Source: Fidelibacterota bacterium
GTDB taxonomy: Bacteria > Fidelibacterota > Marinisomatia > Marinisomatales > S15-B10
DNA length: 24,665 nt
Assembly: GCA_002729175.1 (NCBI GenBank)
Contig: PBTS01000017.1
Coordinates: 1-24,665, forward strand
Direction of reading: 5' to 3'
Below the pieces are notes generated by a model, which searched no databases, had not been told where the DNA came from, and was given only the letters and a program-made list of their open reading frames with translations. Within the stretch, counting starts at the first letter, position 1, and every line of letters starts with the position of its first letter. The position numbers and the translations under genes are program-made. This document shows positions 17,171-24,665 of the stretch, piece after piece.

Positions 17171-18000
17171 AGAGCGTCTTGGCCACAATCAGGCTCTTCA
17201 GGCCCGTAAACCTTTTGCTTGGTGGAATGATGGTCACAGTTACGGCGGCGCTGGTTGACGCTCTGAACCAGACCGATCTTCTCATGAAAGGAACTTTTGT
17301 AGTAATGTCTTTCACAGCCGCAGCTAACGCATTTAATGATTATCGCGATCTGGAAACTGATAAAATCAACAGAACGAACAGGCCGTTACCGAGAGGTGAC
17401 CTTGCCCCAGAAACTGCACTGATACTCTCCATCCTACTTTTCATGATAGGTACGGGGATCTCATTTACAATAAACACAGGAGCTTTTATCATTGCCGCAG
17501 TTGTGGCCCTTCCACTCATGGTGGTCTACAGTTTATGGCTGAAAGGGACAATTTTGATTGGAAACATGATTGTAGCTGTAATCATTGGATTGTCATTTGT
17601 GTTTGCGGGAGCACTGTTTGGTGAATTGGACCGGATGATAATGCCATCACTACTGGCATTTGGGTTTACAATGGTCCGAGAATTCATCAAAGATATGGCT
17701 GATGCTGATGGAGACCGTGCAGCAGGGTTCATTACTTTTCCTGTTAAGTTCGGGATAGAAAAATCGGCAAGGATCGCCATTTTTTTGACGGTTCTTCTCA
17801 TGGCACTTCTAGTCGCTCCGTATTTAATGAACATCTACAGTGAAAAATATCTTGTGGCGGCATTTCTGGGAATTGGTATTCCACTCTCATATATCATAAG
17901 TTTGCTCGTGAAATCTCCCTCCTCAAACAACTGTCATACCGCTTCGCAGATACTGAAAGCCTCTGTTTTTCTTGGTTTGCTGGCCGTTTATCTCGGCTGA
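17167..18000 (+). CDS. UbiA-superfamily prenyltransferase, DGGGP synthase-like
   Basis: FRPVNL, NDYRDLETDKINRTNRPLPRG, YSLWLK...IGN and REFIKDMADADGD, with multiple transmembrane helices. Confidence 0.85.
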   Translation: MKSVLATIRLFRPVNLLLGGMMVTVTAALVDALNQTDLLMKGTFVVMSFTAAANAFNDYRDLETDKINRTNRPLPRGDLAPETALILSILLFMIGTGISFTINTGAFIIAAVVALPLMVVYSLWLKGTILIGNMIVAVIIGLSFVFAGALFGELDRMIMPSLLAFGFTMVREFIKDMADADGDRAAGFITFPVKFGIEKSARIAIFLTVLLMALLVAPYLMNIYSEKYLVAAFLGIGIPLSYIISLLVKSPSSNNCHTASQILKASVFLGLLAVYLG

Positions 18001-18004
18001 GGCC

Positions 18005-21000
18005 ATGGCTTCAGAATTCGTACATCTCCACAACCATACAGATTACAGCCTTCTTGATGGTGCTCAGAAAGTACCCACACTATTAGATACAGTTACCGAT
18101 CTGGGTATGGATGCCGTTGGTGTCACAGAACACGGCAATATGTTTTCCGCAGTTTCTTTTTACAAAGCAGCAAAAAAAGCAGGCGTCAACCCGATTATCG
18201 GCTGTGAAGCGTACGTGGCACAGGGTGACCGTTTTGACAAAACACCCAAACGGGACGGCGGATGGGGCAATAACCATCTTGTTCTTCTGGCACAAAACTA
18301 CACCGGTTACAAGAACCTCATGAAGCTCACCACAGCAGGCTATCTTGAAGGATTTTACTATAGACCCCGAGTTGACAAAAATCTCCTGAAAGAATACAGC
18401 GAAGGGATTATTTGTCTCTCAGCGTGTTTGAAGGGAGAGGTACAAGAGTACGCCGTCAAGGATGATCTGGATGGTGCCAAAAGGACTGCTCTAGAATATG
18501 CGGAAATCTTTCCCGGGAGGTTTTATCTGGAACTGCAGAATCACAGCATTCCGGAGGAAGAAGTCTCCCGAACCGTTGTTAGTAACTTGGCGCAAGAACT
18601 GAGCATTCCCCTGGTTGCCACCAACGACTGCCATTACGCACTGAAGGAGCACTGGGAAGCACACGACATCATGTTTTGCCTAGGAACAGGCAAAGAACGG
18701 AATGATCCCAATCGCCTGCGATACGCCACGCCAGAATTCTTCTTTAAATCTCAAGATGAGATGTGGAAGCTATTCAAAGATTATCCTGGCGCGCTGGAAA
18801 ATACTCGATTGATTGCTGATTCATGCGATCTGGAGTTACCACTGGGGGAATACCTCTTGCCCACATTTCCAATACCTGAAGACGCTGGAGCAACCACGTC
18901 TGATGATTTCCTCTCACACTCCTGCCTACAAGGACTGAAAAATCTCTATCCGTTAGTTACTCCTGAACTCAAATCTCGCCTTGACTATGAACTAGACGTT
19001 ATCCAAAAAATGGATTTTGCCGGTTATTTTCTTATCGTTATGGATTTTGTCCAATATGCCAAGGATAACAATATTCCTGTGGGTCCCGGACGGGGTTCTG
19101 TGGCGGGAAGTCTGGTAGCTTATTGCCTCGGTATCACTACCATTGACCCCATAAAATACAATCTTCTTTTTGAGCGATTCCTCAATCCCGAACGGATTTC
19201 CATGCCTGACATTGACATCGATTTTTGTTACGAGCGACGGTCCCATGTCATCGATTATATCAAGGAGCGATATGGTGAAGATTCGGTAACTCAAATTATA
19301 ACCTTCGGCAAATTGAAAGCTCGCCAGGTTGTCCGTGATGTAGGGCGTGTACTGGGGATGAACTTGAGTGAGGTTGACAAAATAGCCAAATCCATCCCTG
19401 CCGGTCCCGGTATCTCTCTGGACTCAGCCCTAGAGATTAGTAGCGATCTTCAGGAACATGTTGATAAAGACGATCAACACAAAGACCTGATCAATTATTC
19501 AAAAACACTGGAAGGAATGAATCGCCATGTGTCAACTCACGCCGCTGGTGTGGTGATAGCGCCGGGCGATCTCACCGATTATATCCCCCTATACAAATCA
19601 CCGCAAGGCGATATTACCTCCCAGTATGACATGAAAGACCTAGAAGATTTAGGGCTTTTAAAAATGGACTTCCTCGGCTTGCGGAACCTCACAGTCATCG
19701 ATCAGACAATAGCTCTTCTTAAAGAAAAAGGAATCAAACTTAATATTGAAAAGTTGCCCCTCGATGATGAAGCTGTGTATAAACTGTTTTCCAAGGGCAA
19801 GACCGTCGGCGTGTTTCAATTTGAATCCGCGGGCATGAGGGAATACCTGAAAAAATTGAAGCCAACATCAATTCAGGATCTCATTGCCATGAACGCTCTA
19901 TACCGCCCCGGCCCCATGGAAAACATTGGCGAATTCATCAAACGAAAACACGGAAAAAAGAAGATCAAATACATTCATCCCGATCTGGAATCGATTCTTA
20001 AAGAAACTTACGGAATTATCGTTTATCAGGAACAGGTGATGCAGATTGCTAATAGCATCGCAGGTTTTTCACTGGCACAAGCGGATTTAATGCGCCGGGC
20101 CATGGGAAAGAAACAAAAGAAACTCATGGAAAGCCAAAAAGAGGACTTCATTAAAGGGGCGACTGGTCAAGGTACGGATAAAAAAAAGGCAAAGGAAATC
20201 TATAATCTAATTGAGAAGTTTGCTCAATACGGTTTCAATAAAAGTCACAGTACCGCCTACGCCTATATCGCCTACCAGACGGCCTATCTTAAAGCGCATC
20301 ACTCTGCCGAATTTATGGCGGCAAACCTAACCAGTGAAATGACTAACACAACTCGTGTAGTGACTCTCTTAAATGAATGTCAGAAGCTAAAAATCACCAT
20401 CCATCCACCTGATGTAAACGAATCAGACATCAACTTCAAGGCTCTGGATGAAAAAACTATCTCTTTCGGATTGAATGCTATAAAAAATGTCGGCGCAAAA
20501 GCTCTCAAGAATATTCTCTCCGAAAAAAATGAACAAGAACAGTTCACAACTCTGTACGACTTTTGTGAACATCTCGACTTAAGGCTTGTTAACAAAAAAG
20601 TGCTTGAAAGTCTAGTGGCTTCCGGCGCTATGGATTCACTGGAGGGGAATCGAGCACAACAATATGTTGTAGTCGAATCAGCGCTTAAGTTCGCCCAGCA
20701 GATGCAGGCTAACGCTGATGATAATCAATTTTCAATTTTTGGGGGTGAGACATCAGAATCTCAGATAATTGCAAAACCCACTCTCCCAGACGTATCTGAT
20801 TGGAGTGAGACTGAAAAGCTAAAGCGTGAGAAAGAGTTGATGGGCTTTTATCTCACAGGCCATCCATTGCTTGAATATTCCGATATCCTGGAAAATTATT
20901 CGAATTACGACTTTTCAGATGCTTCTGACGATACTGAGATTGAGCAGATCCGGGTTGGTGGAATCATACGGGACATTCGTCATCACTTTGACAAAAAAAA

Positions 21001-21442
21001 TCAGCAGATGGCTTTCTTTAATCTAGAATGCCTAGGGGGTTCTGTTGATGTACTTGTTTTTCATAAAACATTTACAAATTATAAGCAGTTCATAAGTGAC
21101 GACGGTCTCATCTTCGTCAAAGGCCGCCCAACCTCACGCATGTCTGATGATACACCAAAAATGATTGCTGAATCCATTGAATCACTTGATGAAGTTCAGG
21201 GAAGAAATCCGTCCACAGTCAATATTGTAGTAGAGGTTGATAAAATGAAAGAAGAGGATGTGAATGCCCTCTACCGGTTAACCAAGGGGCACGCCGGTAA
21301 TTCTCCCATTTTTTTTCACCTCTACGAGGACGAAGGAAACGGAAAAAAGTTTTACGCCAAAACTGTTAAGGTCACACCGGATGAAGCATTTATCGGAAAG
21401 CTTAAGGGGCTTTATGGCGATGAGAACGTTTGGGTGGAGTGA
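18005..21442 (+). CDS. dnaE: DNA polymerase III alpha subunit; start adjusted to ATG 18005
   Basis: PHP domain [41 protein letters not shown] and a C-terminal OB fold. Confidence 0.99.
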   Translation: MASEFVHLHNHTDYSLLDGAQKVPTLLDTVTDLGMDAVGVTEHGNMFSAVSFYKAAKKAGVNPIIGCEAYVAQGDRFDKTPKRDGGWGNNHLVLLAQNYTGYKNLMKLTTAGYLEGFYYRPRVDKNLLKEYSEGIICLSACLKGEVQEYAVKDDLDGAKRTALEYAEIFPGRFYLELQNHSIPEEEVSRTVVSNLAQELSIPLVATNDCHYALKEHWEAHDIMFCLGTGKERNDPNRLRYATPEFFFKSQDEMWKLFKDYPGALENTRLIADSCDLELPLGEYLLPTFPIPEDAGATTSDDFLSHSCLQGLKNLYPLVTPELKSRLDYELDVIQKMDFAGYFLIVMDFVQYAKDNNIPVGPGRGSVAGSLVAYCLGITTIDPIKYNLLFERFLNPERISMPDIDIDFCYERRSHVIDYIKERYGEDSVTQIITFGKLKARQVVRDVGRVLGMNLSEVDKIAKSIPAGPGISLDSALEISSDLQEHVDKDDQHKDLINYSKTLEGMNRHVSTHAAGVVIAPGDLTDYIPLYKSPQGDITSQYDMKDLEDLGLLKMDFLGLRNLTVIDQTIALLKEKGIKLNIEKLPLDDEAVYKLFSKGKTVGVFQFESAGMREYLKKLKPTSIQDLIAMNALYRPGPMENIGEFIKRKHGKKKIKYIHPDLESILKETYGIIVYQEQVMQIANSIAGFSLAQADLMRRAMGKKQKKLMESQKEDFIKGATGQGTDKKKAKEIYNLIEKFAQYGFNKSHSTAYAYIAYQTAYLKAHHSAEFMAANLTSEMTNTTRVVTLLNECQKLKITIHPPDVNESDINFKALDEKTISFGLNAIKNVGAKALKNILSEKNEQEQFTTLYDFCEHLDLRLVNKKVLESLVASGAMDSLEGNRAQQYVVVESALKFAQQMQANADDNQFSIFGGETSESQIIAKPTLPDVSDWSETEKLKREKELMGFYLTGHPLLEYSDILENYSNYDFSDASDDTEIEQIRVGGIIRDIRHHFDKKNQQMAFFNLECLGGSVDVLVFHKTFTNYKQFISDDGLIFVKGRPTSRMSDDTPKMIAESIESLDEVQGRNPSTVNIVVEVDKMKEEDVNALYRLTKGHAGNSPIFFHLYEDEGNGKKFYAKTVKVTPDEAFIGKLKGLYGDENVWVE

Positions 21443-21900
21443 TGATTGCTTTGCTCCAACGTGTATCGGAAGCAAAAGTCACCGTCGACAATAAAATCGC
21501 TGGAGAGATCGGTCCGGGGCTTCTCATTTTTCTCGGTGTTTTTCAGAACGATGCCCAAGAAGATATGAAATTTCTAACGAACAAGATCGTTTATCTTCGC
21601 ATTTTCGAGGATGATGCTGGAAAAATGAATAGATCGCTTCTGGATGTTGAGGGCGCCGTTTTAGTGGTGAGCCAGTTCACACTGTGTGCCGACACCAAAA
21701 AAGGACGAAGGCCAAGCTTCATTAAAGCGGCTCAGCCGGAGCTGGGAGAAAAATTTTATAACAGTTTTATTCAGGATCTCAAAGAAAGAGGTATTTCTGT
21801 TGCAACAGGGATTTTCGGTGCCATGATGGACGTACAGCTTGTCAACGATGGTCCCGTTACATTTGTGTTGGACAGCAAAAAGAGTTTGATGTCCGACTGA
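21442..21900 (+). CDS. dtd: D-aminoacyl-tRNA deacylase; start adjusted to ATG 21442, overlapping the dnaE TGA
   Basis: LLQRV, LRIFED, SQFTL, GRRPSF and NDGPVT. Confidence 0.97.
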   Translation: MIALLQRVSEAKVTVDNKIAGEIGPGLLIFLGVFQNDAQEDMKFLTNKIVYLRIFEDDAGKMNRSLLDVEGAVLVVSQFTLCADTKKGRRPSFIKAAQPELGEKFYNSFIQDLKERGISVATGIFGAMMDVQLVNDGPVTFVLDSKKSLMSD

Positions 21901-21986
21901 TTTAGAAGAGGCAAGAGTTTCATTAATCTTGGTACAGCATTTGGGGGGAATCTATCTAGATGCCTTTGTGACGATGGAAAAAGTCA

Positions 21987-22346
21987 TTATCGCTTCTCCT
22001 TCTCCACCACCTTGAAGACTTTCTCTCCCGGCTTTGCCATCCTGTGGCGCTCCCGTGCAAGCCGCTCAATATAATCCAGATCATTTTCGAGTTTATCCTT
22101 CTCGCCAATCAATTCCTCCTGTTCGGCACGCAGACTGTCGATATCCTCCATTAGGTGAGTTTTCTCTCTTTTGATTGTATAAAGCCGGTACACTCCGTGA
22201 TCACCAAAGAAAAAGATGATCACCAGAATTAGAGCTCCCAGAATGAGAATTTTAGGAAGAAGATTCTTGCTTGGTGATGGGACACCAATCCACCGGACGG
22301 GTCGGCGACGGCGCTTAGAAAAGAGTCCCCGCCTTTTTCGTGCCAT
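21987..22346 (-). CDS. ftsB: Septum formation initiator FtsB/DivIC family
   Basis: One transmembrane helix, FGDHG, a coiled coil and YIERLARERHRMAKPGE; sits directly downstream of eno, the classic synteny. Confidence 0.9.
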   Translation of the reverse strand: MARKRRGLFSKRRRRPVRWIGVPSPSKNLLPKILILGALILVIIFFFGDHGVYRLYTIKREKTHLMEDIDSLRAEQEELIGEKDKLENDLDYIERLARERHRMAKPGEKVFKVVEKEKR

Positions 22347-22350
22347 CTTT

Positions 22351-23649
22351 CTACCCTACTTCGGAAGAATGTCCCAGTACTTCCATGCCAGGAAAGGTGG
22401 CTGAATTGCCAAGTATCTCCTCTATCCGAAGCAGCTGATTATACTTACAGATACGGTCAGTCCGGGAAGCTGAACCCGTCTTTATCTGGCCCATCCCCAT
22501 GGCTACAGCGAAATCAGCAATGGTGGTATCCTCAGTCTCACCAGACCGGTGAGATACCACGGCCGCCATGCCGTTCTCTTGCGCCAGTTTCATAGTCTCC
22601 ACAGTTTCTGTTACACTGCCCACCTGATTCAGTTTTATGAGAATAGCATTCATGGCGGGTAAATCGATGGCTTTTTTCAGGCGTGTCATGTTTGTGACGG
22701 TAAGATCATCTCCAATGATTTGGACTTTTTTCCCAAGTGCTTTGTGGAGCTCCGTCCACCCTTCCCAGTCATCTTCTGACAGCCCATCCTCAAGGGAAAC
22801 AATAGGGTACTTCTGAATCAGTGTGCTATAGAATTCTATCATTTCGCCACTTGTCAGCTCTCTCTCTTCTGAATCGAGACGGTAAATATTGCGGTTGGCC
22901 TCATACAGCTCCGAAGCGGCTACATCGAGCGCAAGATAGATTTCCTTTCCTACTTCGTAGCCCGTTTTGGAGATGGCCTCCAAAATAACTTCGATGGCCT
23001 CTTCATTTGAACGGAGGTTCGGAGCAAATCCCCCTTCGTCCCCCACGGAGGTATTAAGATCCCTTTCCCCAAGAACCGATTTGAGATGATGAAAAGTCTC
23101 GGTTCCCATCTGGAGTGCCTCTGAAAAGCTGGAGGCACCGATCGGAAAAACCATGAATTCCTGAATGTCTACATTGTTATCGGCATGGCTACCACCATTC
23201 AGGATATTCATCATTGGAATGGGAAGAAGGGTTGATCTTCCGTTGGAAAGATAATTAAAGAGTGGCAACCCCTTGTAAGCTGCCGCGGCGTGGGCCACCG
23301 CCATGGAAACACCCAAAACGGCATTCGCACCCACCTCTCCTTTGTTCTCTGTCCCGTCGCATGAGATGAGAAGTTCATCCACACCTCGCTGATTGAGAGC
23401 ATCTTGGCCAGTCACTGCCGGACCTAGAACTCCTGTCACATTGTGGACAGCCTTCTGTACACCCTTCCCGAGATAAAAGGCTTTATCCCCATCTCGAAGT
23501 TCCACTGCTTCGTGACTCCCGGTGGAGGCACCCGATGGTACAGCCGCACGACCGAAACTGCCGCTCGAAAGTAAAACGTCAACTTCAACGGTGGGATTAC
23601 CACGGGAATCGAGAATCTGTCTTGCCTTGACTTGCGAAATGCTACTCAT
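22351..23649 (-). CDS. eno: Enolase; start adjusted to ATG 23649
   Basis: [46 protein letters not shown] and QIKTGS. Confidence 0.99.
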   Translation of the reverse strand: MSSISQVKARQILDSRGNPTVEVDVLLSSGSFGRAAVPSGASTGSHEAVELRDGDKAFYLGKGVQKAVHNVTGVLGPAVTGQDALNQRGVDELLISCDGTENKGEVGANAVLGVSMAVAHAAAAYKGLPLFNYLSNGRSTLLPIPMMNILNGGSHADNNVDIQEFMVFPIGASSFSEALQMGTETFHHLKSVLGERDLNTSVGDEGGFAPNLRSNEEAIEVILEAISKTGYEVGKEIYLALDVAASELYEANRNIYRLDSEERELTSGEMIEFYSTLIQKYPIVSLEDGLSEDDWEGWTELHKALGKKVQIIGDDLTVTNMTRLKKAIDLPAMNAILIKLNQVGSVTETVETMKLAQENGMAAVVSHRSGETEDTTIADFAVAMGMGQIKTGSASRTDRICKYNQLLRIEEILGNSATFPGMEVLGHSSEVG

Positions 23650-23688
23650 TTCCTTATACAACCTTCCAGTTTGCCAAAACCTGCCCTA

Positions 23689-23697
23689 AAAATAGCA
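23689..23697 (-). promoter_or_regulatory. Possible extended -10 element (TGcTATTTT) for eno
   Basis: TGn followed by a TAnnnT hexamer about 40 nt upstream of the eno ATG; no clear -35. Confidence 0.3.
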
Positions 23698-23862
23698 CTT
23701 TCTCGATCCACAGACATCTGGAAAAATCGATGATGCTGAGGAAGGGAGTTGGTTGTCCGAATAACGATCTCCCTGTATATTCGCCATCTGGAACTACCTG
23801 CAACAGGAAAACGTATCAGACCAACCCACTGAAAATAGAGGATCTCGCTTTTTAATACTCAC

Positions 23863-24665
23863 GTGACACCGCCCCTCAGACAACTCACTCGGCAAACTTT
23901 GGTCTACGGCACCGGCAATGTGCTGACCAGACTTGTCACTTTTCTCCTGTTACCTCTCTTTACTAATGTGCTTACTCCCGGGGAGTACGGTCTCGCCACT
24001 CTTCTCTACGTTTTTCTCGGCTTTATGAATATTGTCTATCATTACGGGTTAGACACCGCGTTTATGCGTTACTATAATGAGGCCGACGGCCCAGACGCCC
24101 AGCAATCACTCTTTTCAACAGCGCTCTGGCTCAGTCTGGGGACAAGTTGCGTGCTGTCATTTCTGATTTTGTCAGGCTCGTCCGGCCTTTCATCTCTCCT
24201 GTTGGGGGGCGATCAATATACTCATCTTTTTAAGCTGGCGGCCGGAATCCTCCTTCTGGATGCCATCAGCCATGTCCCCTTTGCCCATCTGAGATTGGAG
24301 GGTAGGGCCACCCTTTTCGTCTTAATCAAGCTGATAAATGTGATCACCACCCTTGGGATGAATATATATCTCGTAGTGATGAAAGGGATGGGACTTGACG
24401 GTATTTTCCTGAGCGTTGCCGCGGCTTCGGCAGTGACTACCTTTTCTGTTTTGTCTGCAACGGCCGGATCTTTGCAATTTGCTTTTAATAGCAGTAGTGT
24501 CAGCTCCCTCTTAAAATTTGGTCTCCCTTTTTTGCCTGCGGGCCTCGCTTCCATCGCTATGGAGTCCATAGACCGATATATTCTTGCCAGCCTCACTGAT
24601 GCCGCTACAGTAGGTATCTACACCGCCGGCTACAAGCTGGGGATCTTTATGCTTCTCATCACAAC
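23863..24665 (+). CDS. Wzx/MOP-family oligosaccharide flippase, N-terminal part (runs off the window end)
   Basis: Not in the ORF track. Manual translation from GTG 23863 gives MTPPLRQLTRQTLVYGTGNVLTRLVTFLLLPLFTNVLTPGEYG...GLDTAFMRYY...LLKFGLPFLP...IDRYIL...VGIYTAGYKLG, open to the window end. Confidence 0.92.
   Translation, partial: MTPPLRQLTRQTLVYGTGNVLTRLVTFLLLPLFTNVLTPGEYGLATLLYVFLGFMNIVYHYGLDTAFMRYYNEADGPDAQQSLFSTALWLSLGTSCVLSFLILSGSSGLSSLLLGGDQYTHLFKLAAGILLLDAISHVPFAHLRLEGRATLFVLIKLINVITTLGMNIYLVVMKGMGLDGIFLSVAAASAVTTFSVLSATAGSLQFAFNSSSVSSLLKFGLPFLPAGLASIAMESIDRYILASLTDAATVGIYTAGYKLGIFMLLIT

Noticed and set aside
17972..18004. ORF-track upstream starts for dnaE (also dtd 21430 and eno 23661)
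   Set aside because: Downstream ATGs (18005, 21442, 23649) match the families' usual N-termini and give normal gene junctions.
18005..21442. Intein or split in dnaE
   Set aside because: The length is normal, and the usual insertion region reads continuously as [10 protein letters not shown] with no intein motifs.
21901..21986. Bidirectional terminator between the convergent dtd and ftsB genes
   Set aside because: No compact GC-rich hairpin with U-tracts is visible.
23687..23787. Small minus-strand ORF (about 33 aa, MANIQGDRYS...) upstream of eno
   Set aside because: It is short, has no RBS or recognisable motif, and stops well before eno, so there is no evidence of coupling.
24222..24596. 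124-aa minus-strand ORF
   Set aside because: It is the antisense shadow of the plus-strand flippase gene.
1..24665. CRISPR array or other cas genes accompanying cas6
   Set aside because: All intergenic gaps are short (about 210 nt or less) and show no regularly spaced direct repeats by eye. Every long ORF has a non-cas assignment.

Overview
A 24.7-kb bacterial chromosomal segment made mostly of housekeeping genes. Gene content and sequence style suggest an FCB-superphylum organism such as Marinimicrobia/Marinisomatota (inference only). The left block is on the minus strand: B12-binding mutase subunit, TPR protein, Xaa-Pro peptidase, HAD phosphatase, PAP2 phosphatase, csaA, homocysteine S-methyltransferase, MarR and a partial mutY. 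A long plus-strand block follows: outer-membrane barrel, ComEA-HhH/barrel protein, amidase, folC, rho, cas6b-like gene, aminotransferase, rpmE, prfA, prmC, DGGGPS-like prenyltransferase, dnaE and dtd. The window ends with eno-ftsB on the minus strand and a partial Wzx-type flippase on the plus strand. I saw no CRISPR array, RNA gene or mobile element. The most unusual feature is an orphan Cas6b-family gene packed between rho and the aminotransferase. It lacks the family's HxH motif and carries a 75-aa charged tail, which suggests a domesticated Cas6 RNA-binding or processing factor. Other notable points are matching palindromes at identical positions in front of marR and mutY, several apparently leaderless promoters, a possible two-barrel DNA-uptake pair, and a D-to-A change in Rho's conserved IDERPEE motif.
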